NCBI GenBank assembly: GCA_002269645.1
Contig: NIVC01000106.1
Location: 372,001 to 436,000, forward strand
Direction: 5' to 3'
Length of the DNA stretch: 64,000 bases
DNA from: Macrostomum lignano
Lineage: Eukaryota
The translations under genes were made by a program, and so were the position numbers. Within the stretch, counting starts at the first letter, position 1, and each line of letters begins with the position of its first letter. Positions 12,471 to 23,168 of the stretch are shown piece by piece. The notes beneath the pieces are model-generated. The model did no database searches, was not told where the DNA came from, and saw only the letters and a program-made list of their open reading frames with translations.

Positions 12471-13052
12471 TGGGGCTGCGTGTTTTGCTGTTGTCTCTCT
12501 AACGCTTTCCATCTCTCTAACTAATCTTTCTGTTTAGGTTGAGAAGATTTAGAGAGAATCCTCTGCTTCTCTCTCTCTCTCTCTCTCTCTACCTTCTTTA
12601 CCTGTCTGTACCTCTCTTTACTTGTCTCTCCATCTCTCCAGCACGGATGCTTCTGGCATTTTTCCTCAGTCGATAGTAATGAATAATTTTTAGAGCTGAA
12701 TAGGAAATCTTGGAATCAAATCGACCTCTCACCCAAAATTGAATATCATTAATAAAAATAGCTACCCAACAGCAATCGCACATTCTGGGGCGAAGTAACA
12801 AGAGCTGCAGAACTTTTTAGGAATGAAGGCTTATTGGTAATATCAGATTTTTGGCATGATCAAGCTGAACTTTTGATTTCTAAACGGCTGTGATTTGCTT
12901 TAAATTGCTCTTTGAATAGCGCTGAATGGGGGCTTCACCAGTGACCGGATTTTGAGGCTATTGAAGAATTCGTGTAGGAAAACGTCACCAAAATTTTAAT
13001 TTTAAATTACATAATGTGCATTTCATGTTTCTGAATTACATTTATTAAGCCT

Positions 13053-14540
13053 ATGAGAGAGTGAGTGTGAGAGAGTGAGTGTGAGAGAGTGAGTGTAAGA
13101 GAGGGAGTGTGAGAGAGTGAGTTTGAGAAAGTGAGTGTGAGAGAGTGAGTGTAAGAGAGGGAGTGTGACAGAGTGAGTGTGAGAGAGTGAGTGCGAGAGA
13201 GTGAGTGTGAGAGAGTGAGTGTAAGAGAGTGAGTGTAAGAGAGTGAGTGTGAGAGAGTGAGTGTGAGAGAGTGAGTGTAAGAGAGGGAGTGTGAGAGAGT
13301 GAGTTTGAGAAAGTGAGTGTGAGAGAGTGAGTGTAAGAGAGGGAGTGTGACAGAGTGAGTGTGAGAGAGTGAGTGTGAGAGAGTGAGTGTAAGAGAGTGA
13401 GTGTGAGAGAGTGAGTGTGAGAGAGTGAGTGTGAGAGAGTGAGTGTGAGAGAGTGAGTGTAAGAGAGTGAGTGTAAGAGAGTGAGTGTGAGAGAGAGTGT
13501 AAGAGAGTGAGTGTAAGAGAGTGAGTGTGAGAGAGTGAGTGTGAGAGAGTGAGTGTAAGAGAGGGAGTGTGAGAGAGTGAGTTTGAGAAAGTGAGTGTGA
13601 GAGAGTGAGTGTAAGAGAGGGAGTGTGACAGAGTGAGTGTGAGAGAGTGAGTGCGAGAGAGTGAATGGGATAGAGGGAGTGTAAGAGAGTGAGTGGGATA
13701 GAGTGAGTGTGACAGAGTGAGTGTGAGAGAGTGAGTGTGAGAGAGTGAGTGTGAGAGAGTGAGTGGGATAGAGTGAGTGTGACAGAGTGAGTGTGACAGA
13801 GTGAGTGTGAGAGAGTGAGTGTGAGAGAGTGAGTGTAAGAGAGTGAGTGTGAGAGAGTGAGTGTGAGAGAGTGAGTGTGAGAGAGTGAGTGTGAGAGAGC
13901 GAGTGCGAGATAATATTTGAGTGTAAGAGAGTGAGTGTGAGAGAGAGTGTGAGAGAGTGAGTGTAAGAGAGTGAGTGTGAGAGAGTGAGTGTGAGAGAGT
14001 GAGTGTAAGAGAGTGAGTGTGAGAGAGTGAGTGTAAGAGATTGAGTGTGATAGAGTGAGTGTAAGAGATTGAGTGTGATAGAGTGAGTGTAAGAGAGTGA
14101 GTGTGAGAGAGTGAGTGTAAGAGATTGAGTGTGATAGAGTGAGTGTAAGAGAGTGAGTGTGAGAGAGTGAGTGTGAGAGAGTGAGTGTAAGAGAGTGAGT
14201 GTGAGAGAGTGAGTGTGAGAGAGTGAGTGTGAGAGAGTGAGTGTGAGAGAGTGAGTGTAAGAGAGTGAGTGTGAGAGAGTGAGTGTGAGAGAGTGAGTGT
14301 GAGAGAGTGAGTGTGAGAGAGTGAGTGTGAGAGAGCGAGTGCGAGATAATATTTGAGTGTAAGAGAGTGAGTGTGAGAGAGTGAGTGTGAGAGAGTGAGT
14401 GTAAGAGAGCGAGTGCGAGATAATATATGAGTGTAAGAGAGTGAGTGTGACAGAGTGAGTGTGAGAGAGTGAGTGTGACAGAGTGAGTGTGACAGAGTGA
14501 GTGTGATAGAGTGAGTGTGAGAGAGTGACTGTGAGTGTGA
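13053..14540. repeat. 12-bp satellite (GAGAGTGAGTGT)n, copy A
   Basis: About 120 units with recurring variants, including GCGAGTGCGAGATAATATTT; source of the SHTHSLTL ORFs. Confidence 0.97.
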
Positions 14541-15905
14541 ACTGCAACACCGACAGGGAAGATGAAGGCGAGCGAAAATGGGCCAATTACATCCTTGAAC
14601 TACCTTGACCTGCGTTGCCAAGCAGCCAAGAGACTTCACCTGCCTAACCGTGCTGTGATTGGTTCGTAAAATGGGTTGCGTGCGCGGCCTAGGAGGGGAT
14701 CAAAATGGGAGGTCACGAGACTGGGAGGAAAACAGCTTACGGGAGTGGGGGTCGTTAGGTGCGTTTCGCTTGGAAGATTTTGAACAGCAGCACGGGAGGT
14801 GGGGCTGGGCGACAAAGGAGTGGCTGGGAGTAGCTAGGGAGTGAGTCATCCGATGAGTCATCCAGGGAAGGAAAAGTTTGAGATCGGGTAAAAAATATAC
14901 TACACATTTTAGTAGGGTCATAGACTCCGGAAATACCCAGTTGGTCGGGGCACAGGGAGTTCCGTCAATATTTTGTATCTGACGGCTCCTACACACTCGG
15001 CTGGGGTTCTGCAGTGTCGGCCGGGGATGAAGCGGCCGCCATTTCCTACAGCGACACACCCTGCTGCCCCTTTTTCATTTCTCCAACGCTCCAAATTGCG
15101 CAATTCCGCCTATCATAAAATTGTAGAATGCACAATGCAAATGCATAAAAGGTAGTTTAGGACACTCAGTTCGCACTCCAATAATCACAAAAACTCCCTT
15201 TTTATCTGCACACCCCAACTGCTCACGCAGTCCTTCCTTCTATTGTTTGTTCCCACTCACGTCAATGTCCATATTATTATGCTATTACTCTTAGTGCTCA
15301 CTCGCGTTGTCCTCCCTGACTCTCTTTTTCACTCAAATGTGAAAGAGTGCTTAAGAGCGCTTTTAATACGAGCAGATTCGCACACTCTACCCGTGTGATC
15401 ACCCCTGCACCACCCTCTCCATTTCCTCATTTTCCAATATCCGCTCAATTGGGCATCTCATTGTTCTCCAATCCCTCTATTGTTCTCAATAGTGTTATAT
15501 CGTTTGTTCTCGGACCTCAATCTACCAGACTCTCATAATTTGTGTCACTTTCTACTACCTGAATTCGTCCGCCCACTCAAAAGTCCCCATTTTTCCCCAT
15601 TTTCCCCATTTTTAGAAACTGGTCCGTGACGTCAGAAGACTAAAGGCCAATCAGAGAGAGGGGGAGTTAAGGTAACGACCTCTGAGAGCATCACATGACC
15701 GAACTTTGGACTCGATTCAGTCTGAGGATTTGACCGACGACAGAGCGTGTCGCTCCTGACTCCAGTATGAGTCCATGCAGTCCGCTCCTTCTGCTCCTAC
15801 TTTTGCAGCTGCCATTCTGACGTGTCAATCAACTTAAAAAAACAAAAATAGGCTGAAATAATTTTCAGTTACAAAAATTTCGCCAAAGCGTTAATAGCGT
15901 TAAGT

Positions 15906-16253
15906 TTTGTACGATATGTACTTTAAATCATTGTAGGTAAAAATCGATCAGGAAATAAAAATGGATCAGCAAACCAGCTCACATCTGAGCATACCAGTCT
16001 ACAAGAGCAAAAACAGGCAGTTATGTACGATATGTACTTTAAATCATTGTAGGTAAAAATCGATCAGGAAATAAAAATGGATCAGCAAACCAGCTCACAT
16101 CTGAGCATACCAGTCTACAAGAGCAAAAACAGACAGTTATGTACGATATGTACTTTAATTCATTGTAGGTAAAAATCGATCAGGAAATAAAAATGGATCA
16201 GCAAACTAGCTCACATCTGAGCATACCAGTCTACAAGAGCAAAAACAGGCAGT
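15906..16253. repeat. 116-bp tandem repeat x3, copy A
   Basis: TGTACGATATGTACTTTAA...GAGCAAAAACAG(G/A)CAG, with units starting near 15906, 16020 and 16136. Confidence 0.95.
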
Positions 16254-18141
16254 CGCTGACACTAAGGGAGGCCGGGAGGTCGCTGGCAGCAGCGGGTCCG
16301 GTCGGTCGCAGTTCACGGAGCAGTCGGTGCCGCTGGCCCAGCAGAAGCTGGCGACAATTTTGGCCAGTAAAAGAAATCGGGGAGGTCAGCCTCATGGGAA
16401 CGGTCAGAGAGGGCAAGTGCAAGTGCATGGTAGCGATGAAGCTGCATTGCAGATTCCCATTGACGCCTCGAAAGGCGGAAAAGCAAAAATTGGGATTGGA
16501 GGGTGGGGAAGCTTATCCAAGAGCATGCATCACGTGACTGCTGAACAGACCTTGAACTCCGCTGCTTAAGCAACCAGTGACGTCATCACACGAGTGCAGC
16601 CGCGATTGGCTGGGGTGCGATGAGAGTTCGGGATCGTGGCACCATCAAGGCGTGCAAATAAAAGTTCGCTACACAGAGTAAAACAAATGTGGGCATAAAA
16701 TTGATTAATAAATAGTCATACAAATCTGAATAAGCATGCGTAAGCCTGGGTAAAACAAACGGAGGTTTAATATTTTAGTCAAAAGATTCGTTCACACTGC
16801 CACAAGATGAACATCGTTTTTGAGTGCAGATTCCACGTCTTTTAAATATTTTCTTGTTTCTCTTTCTGTGCATAAGTCGCATGGCTTGGTGGCACTTTTC
16901 ACTTTTCATGGCAGTCGAAACGCGTCTTTTTACATGCCTAGGTGGGTCATGTTAGTAGTGAGTTGCGTGCACTCAGTGTCAGACACCCAGTGTCTGAGGC
17001 CACTGTAAATAAGAGCATGAGTTTTACGAGCAGACAGCAATCAGTCAACAAAAAATAAACAACTTGGCATTAGCGATGCACAAAACGGATTAAATTAATC
17101 TGTGTCACCAAAAGTTATTACTGCGATTATTTATAGAACTCTTTAAATATTGGGAGGTCTAACGAAACAAAATCTTTATTAAAAAATTTCATGGCTTCGG
17201 TACACGACAATCAGAAAATCAGAAATCTCAATTTAGAAATTAAATATAAAAGGAAACTTAAGTGCTCATGAGTAGTGTCGCCATGAATTCCAAGAATCTA
17301 GGTGTAGGTAGCAGCGAACTAAGGTACCAATAACCTACCAGGTACCAGGCACCAATTAGAATATGATTAAAGATCACGATAAAGCGATCGAATAAATGTA
17401 ACAAACAAAATGAAGGATATCAAGATCCATTTAAAGCAAAAAACCTAACTTCACACTACAACAGGGTCTGAGATATTTTTTGAAAAAGTCTTCAAAAGTT
17501 GTGTTAGATAATAAACAAAGCAAAGGCAAAAGCTGGGGAATACTCATATGAGTACACATTGAATCAGTATATTAGAAACTAATGGAATTCTACCGCACTT
17601 ACTAGTATACCTACTCCGCAACCATTATTTAGAAGTAAATTCTGGTGAAAAACCAAATAGGACTCCCAGTGCCAATGAGAACTTCCGCATTTGAAAGTCC
17701 TATATAGCAGCATTTTGCAGTGTCAACCACAGAAATACACAGAAACGTCAGCCAGCACTCGCACAGACCTTGCTGACGTTCGCTTTCTACGAGCTACCTC
17801 TATTGATGAGAAGCCATGCTCAACAATAAATTATACCAGCTGAATTCGCTTGGCGGTTCAACCGGATAATAATTATTGAAGTTATCTTACTTGTACCTCA
17901 TTGTTGAATCCAAGAATGTCAACGAATCTATTGGGACTGCTTATAAGTTATCATCATCCGTCGAAAAAGTGGGCTAATTACGGGAAAAGTAAATAGACCA
18001 ATCCGTGCATATTCTTCGGTATGTGAGCGTAACCATGGAATTAAACAACACCACTAACATAAAACGCGTGTTGCCTTGCCAATAGCGTAAAATATGCACT
18101 ATTAACATAAAAACAGTTGTAAGTGCGCAGAAAAGCAGATT

Positions 18142-20439
18142 TTAGCGAACTAATCTTGACAGTCGATCGAAAATTTGCCTGCTCTGATGTAGTTTGCAGA
18201 TTGATAAAGCAGAGAAACTTGAACCATCTCTGTCAGTGAGACAGTCTGGTCCGAGCTCGTTCACCAGCCACTCGAGTGCTGAGCTGCTCACTTTATTGAA
18301 AGCAGCACGGTGCACTGCAGTCATGTTTTGCCTTCCTCTCAGCTTGAAACACTCGACTCCATTCATCTTCTCTTTGATGAACTGCATTGATTCCGCCTTC
18401 TGGAACTCAGCCGCAGTGTGGATGACTGTCCAGTTCTCTGCATCTCTGTCAGTGAGACAGTCTGGTCCGAGCTCGTTCACCAGCCACTCGAGTGCTGAGC
18501 TGCTCACTTTATTGAAAGCAGCACGGTGCACTGCAGTCATGTTTTGCCTTCCTCTCAGCTTGAAACACTCGACTCCATTCATCTTCTCTTTGATGAACTG
18601 CATTGATTCCGCCTTCTGGAACTCAGCCGCAGTGTGGATGACTGTGTTATTGTTTGCATCTCTGTCAGTGAGACAGTCTGGTCCGAGCTCGTTCACCAGC
18701 CACTCGAGTGCTGAGCTGCTCACAGCATTGAAAGCAGCACAGTCCACTGCAGTCTTGTTTTGCCTTCCTCTCAGCTTGAAACACTCGACTCCATTCATCT
18801 TCTCTTTGATGAACTGCATTGATTCCGCCTTCTGGAACTGAGCCGCAATGTGGATGACTGTGTTATTGTTTGCATCTCCGTCAGTGAGACAGTCTGGTCC
18901 GAGCTCGTTCACCAGCCACTCGAGTGCTGAGCTGCTCACAGCATTGATAGCAGCACAGTGCACTGCAGTCTTGTTTTGCCTTCCTCTCAGCTTGAAACAC
19001 TCGACTCCATTCATCTTCTCTTTGATGAACTGCATTGATTCCGCCTTCTGGAACTGAGCCGCAATGTGGATGACTGTGTTATTGTTTGCATCTCTGTCAG
19101 TGAGACAGTCTGGTCCGAGCTCGTTCACCAGCCACTCGAGTGCTGAGCTGCTCACTTTATTTAAAGCAGCACAGTGCACTGCAGTCTTGTTTTGCCTTCC
19201 TCTCAGCTTGAAACACTCGACTCCATTCATCTTCTCTTTGATGAACTGCATTGATTCCGCCTTCTGAAACTCAGCCGCAATGTGGATGACTGTGTTATTG
19301 TTTGCATCTCTGTCCGTGAGACAGTCTGGTCCGAGCTCGTTCACCAGCCACTCGAGTGCTGAGCTGCTCACAGCATTGAAAGCAGCACAGTGCACTGCAG
19401 TCATGTTGTTCACTCCTCTCAGCTTGAAACACTCGACTCCATTCATCTTCTCTTTGATGAACTGCATTGATTCCGCCTTCTCGAACTTAGCCGCAATGTG
19501 GATGACTGTGCTATTGTTTGCATTTCTGTCAGTGAGACAGTCTGGTCCGAGCTCGTTCACCAGCCACTCGAGTGCTGAGCTGCTCACAGCATTGAAAGCA
19601 GCACAGTGCACTGCAGTCCTGTTGTTCATTCCTCTCAGCTTGAAACACTCGACTCCATTCATCTTCTGTTTGATGAACTGCATTGATTCCGCCTTCTGGA
19701 ACTCAGCCGCAATGTGGATGACTGTGTTATTGTCTGCATCTCTGTCCGTGAGACAGTCTGGTCCGAGCTCGTTCACCAGCCACTCGAGTGCTGAGCTGCT
19801 CACAGCATTGAAAGCAGCACAGTGCACTGCAGTCTTGTTTCGCCTTCCTCTCAGCTTGAAACACTCGACTCCATTCATCTTCTCTTTGATGAACTGCATT
19901 GATTCCGCCATCTGGAACTGAGCCGCAGTGTGGATGACTGTGTCATTGTCTGCATCTCTGTCAGTGAGACAGTCCGCTTCGAGTTCGAAGATCAGCCATT
20001 GGAATGTCGATCCATGATCTGTGAGATTCTCAGCTGCCCTATGCATCACTGTTTTCTGCCTGCTATCTCTTGCTTCGAATGGGTTCCAGTCCACTTCTAT
20101 TGACTGCAGCAGCTGTTTCAGGAACTCCATCGTCTCCGCAGTCTGACTCTTTGCTGCCAGGTGAGTCACCGAGTCGCCATCGCTATCAACCAGCCGAAAT
20201 ATGTCGACCCCGTGCCCCATCTCCAGTAATCGAAGAACCGGCAGTCCGTCTCTGTGCCGAGCTGCAGCAAATATGACGCCTTTGGCGAAGTCTTCTCCAG
20301 GTCCGACGATGTTCTCGGACACCTGGAACAGCAGATCATCAGTGAGCCGTTCGTCTCCGGCTGCTACCGCCTGCTTGATCTGACTGTAGAGACTCTGGGA
20401 GGCCTCGTATTCGCTGGACTCGCTGGGACTCTGAGGTCT
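18142..20439 (-). CDS. Ankyrin-repeat protein, terminal exon, 8 x 72-aa two-ankyrin modules (paralog A)
   Basis: The frame is open upstream of the listed GTG start to a splice acceptor CTAATCCGATTTCAG|AGA (exon starts at 20439; 2298 nt = 766 codons including the stop). Ankyrin-like motifs TVIHxAA, TAVHCAA, SVTHLAA, TVMHRAA. 216-bp periodicity. Confidence 0.9.
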   Translation of the reverse strand, partial: RPQSPSESSEYEASQSLYSQIKQAVAAGDERLTDDLLFQVSENIVGPGEDFAKGVIFAAARHRDGLPVLRLLEMGHGVDIFRLVDSDGDSVTHLAAKSQTAETMEFLKQLLQSIEVDWNPFEARDSRQKTVMHRAAENLTDHGSTFQWLIFELEADCLTDRDADNDTVIHTAAQFQMAESMQFIKEKMNGVECFKLRGRRNKTAVHCAAFNAVSSSALEWLVNELGPDCLTDRDADNNTVIHIAAEFQKAESMQFIKQKMNGVECFKLRGMNNRTAVHCAAFNAVSSSALEWLVNELGPDCLTDRNANNSTVIHIAAKFEKAESMQFIKEKMNGVECFKLRGVNNMTAVHCAAFNAVSSSALEWLVNELGPDCLTDRDANNNTVIHIAAEFQKAESMQFIKEKMNGVECFKLRGRQNKTAVHCAALNKVSSSALEWLVNELGPDCLTDRDANNNTVIHIAAQFQKAESMQFIKEKMNGVECFKLRGRQNKTAVHCAAINAVSSSALEWLVNELGPDCLTDGDANNNTVIHIAAQFQKAESMQFIKEKMNGVECFKLRGRQNKTAVDCAAFNAVSSSALEWLVNELGPDCLTDRDANNNTVIHTAAEFQKAESMQFIKEKMNGVECFKLRGRQNMTAVHRAAFNKVSSSALEWLVNELGPDCLTDRDAENWTVIHTAAEFQKAESMQFIKEKMNGVECFKLRGRQNMTAVHRAAFNKVSSSALEWLVNELGPDCLTDRDGSSFSALSICKLHQSRQIFDRLSRLVR

Positions 20440-20859
20440 CTGAAATCGGATTAGGCAGATAGTTCTAATTAGTCTACGTTAATTAAAGGCCTATGATATT
20501 GGCAGTGAAACTTAAGGACATATAGGTAAATTGCGAAGGGCAGAGCGGAAACATTTCCGCTCGGTTTGATCGTGAGTGTCGTGCTATGTGACTGCAAAGT
20601 GGCAGAGTAGTTGTTTTCCGCTATCATGTTGATGGGCTGCCGTGTCATCACCTTGCAGCCTCTCCGACTTTTTGATCTATGATCTTTGTAGGTAAAGCGC
20701 GATATATGAGAAAGCACCATTTCTGTTTGTCCGTTGCTCAACTTGGTGGTGCCGCTATCTACACTTCCTATCAACGACATCTACTCTGCTTCGGCGGGGT
20801 GTGTGCAGAAACTAGCAGAATGCGCGAGAGACAGACGGTGTGTTTGTCTAGGCCGATGA

Positions 20860-21670
20860 TATCGCCCTGCTGTCCTTTAACCTCTACGTGACGAGTGGTG
20901 CTTGGCCTCACCCTTGTTGCCAACGGCTGTGCCGAAATCGGAACATAGACTATTTGACAGTCGCTACGAACAATTTTGTTAGTTTTCCTAGGAGCCACGT
21001 TGAAATCAATCAGACCATGGCCGGGTTCCATTTGATCGCCGAACTGCCACATGTCATTGGTGTTATCGACTGCACAAATGTCGCTATAAAGAGTCCAACT
21101 AACAATGAGTATGTTTTTGAGAACAGAAAATCGTTTTCTTCTATTATTGTTCAAGCTGTGTGCAGTGTCGCAATGTCATTCACGAACATTCTAGTACTCT
21201 GGCCGAGAAGTACACACGATTCTTTCATGTTCAACAACTCTGCATTAAAGGAGATTCTATCAGAAGGGTTAGTGGCAAGATTCCTCGTCGGAGATAGTGG
21301 ATATCCTCTGAGACCATTTCTCATGAAGGTTTTCGACACTCCAAGAGATGCAAGAGAGACCGACTTCAACCGGAGGCTGCGACAAACTTAGGTGAAAATA
21401 GAATGTTCATTCGGGATTCTAAAGTCTCGATTTTAATGCCTGAATCGTCATTCCGCAAGTCTCCGATTCCATCCGAGCAAGTTTTGCTTGATAATAAGCG
21501 CCTGTTTTGTGCTGCACAACATTGCGATCAACAGAGGAGTTCCACTGGTTGTGCCGATCCAGCTTGACATCAAAGACGAACCGGAGGATGTTGGCGTCGA
21601 TGATATTGGAGCTGGAAGAGCCGAGAGAATACGCATTGTAAATGTGATACAACATGCAAGTAATCAGTAA
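20860..21670 (+). pseudogene. PIF/Harbinger (DDE_Tnp_4, HARBI1-like) transposase relic, copy A
   Basis: Motifs VIGVIDCTNV, NRKS, WPRSTHDS, LVGDSGYPL, FN, IECSFGILKSRF*CL and IISACFVLHN; in-frame stops at 21389 and ~21434. Confidence 0.9.
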
Positions 21671-22557
21671 AGAGGCCCTGGAGCTGGGCCATGGTGGGCA
21701 CGAGGGGCAGCCCGTTGGCGGCGCGGTTGTTCCGGATTTCGGTCTGGAGCTCGAGCGGGAGGCGGTTCCAGAGTGCGTAGACGCGGCTGTCGAGGGTGCA
21801 CGCGAGCTCACCTAGGCGGAGTAGCTGGCCGGTAGCGAGTTGGAGGGCGTCGGTGTAATTCTCGAGCTCGTCCAAGTCGGAGGCGGAGCTGCAGTGAAGA
21901 GCGAAAAGGATCTGGAAGAAGGCGTTTTTCTGCTCCTGGGCATCGGCGTAGTTGGCCTGGAGGACGCGGCAGGCTTCGGCGTAGGCGTTGGGCTGGCAAG
22001 CGTCGAGGGCGCCAAGCTTCCGGAGTGCCGGGCCAGAGTGAAGACCGCGGAGCGCCTCAAACTTATCGACGTCGTTGAGATTGGATTGGTCGACGCGGTA
22101 GAGGAAGGCGTTCCAGAACCCTGGGAATGCGGTGGGGTCGGTGCCGTCGAATGTCGGGAGACGAACCTTCTGGAGAACAGTGGAGTGGATGAGAGCGGCC
22201 GGATCGCTATCGCTGGTTGCGGACGATGACGCAGATGTCAGGGCAGGATGGGCATTAGCGGCGAGCTGTTGTATGAGCAGCTGATTCTGCTGCATCATCG
22301 CGGTCATAGCGGTCAGGAGGGCGTTGATATCAACGGAGGCAGCTGGAGCTGCTTCAGGGATTGCAGTCGTGGAAGGAGAAGCGGGAAGAGCAGATGTCGC
22401 GGCTGCTGGCTGCTGAAGCAGCAGGCGGCGGGTCACTGGCTTCGACGTGCGGCTGCTCCGCGTCGATTGGCGCTTCAGCAGAGGCTGTGCTGTGGTCGTT
22501 CTTGGACTGCTTGATCTGGTCGCCAGATAGGTCAGTTGTTGATATCGTGATAACCAT
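21660..22557 (-). pseudogene. BEL/Pao gag relic (DUF1759-like), 3'-truncated, copy A
   Basis: KVRLPTFDG...FPGFWNAF...V....LNDVDKFEAL...G.A.......Y.EA...L..NY pattern. ATG at 22557 is put out of frame by a 7-nt duplication (GGCTGCT, ~22401-22414). Confidence 0.8.
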
Positions 22558-22615
22558 GGTAATCCGGACGCTCTGCTACCAATTTGTCGAATCGATTACT
22601 CGAGGAAGAGAAAGG

Positions 22616-22633
22616 AACCACGCTCTGCTACCA
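22616..22633 (-). promoter_or_regulatory. Primer-binding site, tRNAi-Met-like, copy A
   Basis: TGGTAGCAGAGCGTGGTT, 3 nt after the LTR end; complements the ...CUCUGCUACCA 3' end of metazoan initiator tRNA. A second partial copy lies at 22568-22581. Confidence 0.8.
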
Positions 22634-22636
22634 ACT

Positions 22637-23168
22637 TGTGGAAGTTGACAATAAACTACATTGAACGAGCGGTTAGCGGGGAAGGAATCAGTAGAAGAGA
22701 AGCAGAGGTGAAGGGCCGAGGCCGCGAGTTGAACTTGTATTTATACTAACATAGCGAACAGGGTAGCTGAAATGTCTGTGGCAAATTAACGGTTATGCTA
22801 GTCTGTGGGAAAAGCGTGGTAGACGAAGGGAGCCAGCTAACTGATAAGTACGAGTCTGTATTGCAAAACAGAAAGTAGAAATATTTGAAGGATGAAATCG
22901 CCAAGACCTCGAATTTGACAAACTTGCTCAGATAGCTAATGAAGTCAGTGTTGCTGCCTGCAAGATAGGTGACAAGCAGGTCATTAACATGGAACTCTAT
23001 CGCATCGCAGAACTGACACGGTGTCTTCGGCTGCGTCGACGGTCTCACCCTGCTATTCTCAACAACAACAACAACAACTGTTCTCAACTAGTGATGAGGC
23101 GCTAACGAATGATGCTCGCCAATGGTGCCTCATTCCTTTGGTTATTGCGCTTGTACTTTGCTTCCACA
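22637..23168 (-). mobile_element. 5' LTR of the BEL/Pao-like element, 532 bp, copy A
   Basis: Perfect 8-bp terminal inverted repeat TGTGGAAG...CTTCCACA, TATAAATA on the minus strand at ~22738-22745, followed by the PBS and gag. Confidence 0.75.

Noticed and set aside
7010-14640. Long repetitive ORFs (MLAICRML.., LFRRVFIY.., SHTHSLTL..) and the similar IRIGDQDW and SVCL ORFs elsewhere
   Set aside because: All are satellite translations, open in several frames, with no domain content.
18194-19921. Plus-strand ORFs antisense to the ankyrin exon
   Set aside because: Shadow frames of the repeated coding module, broken once per unit by stops.
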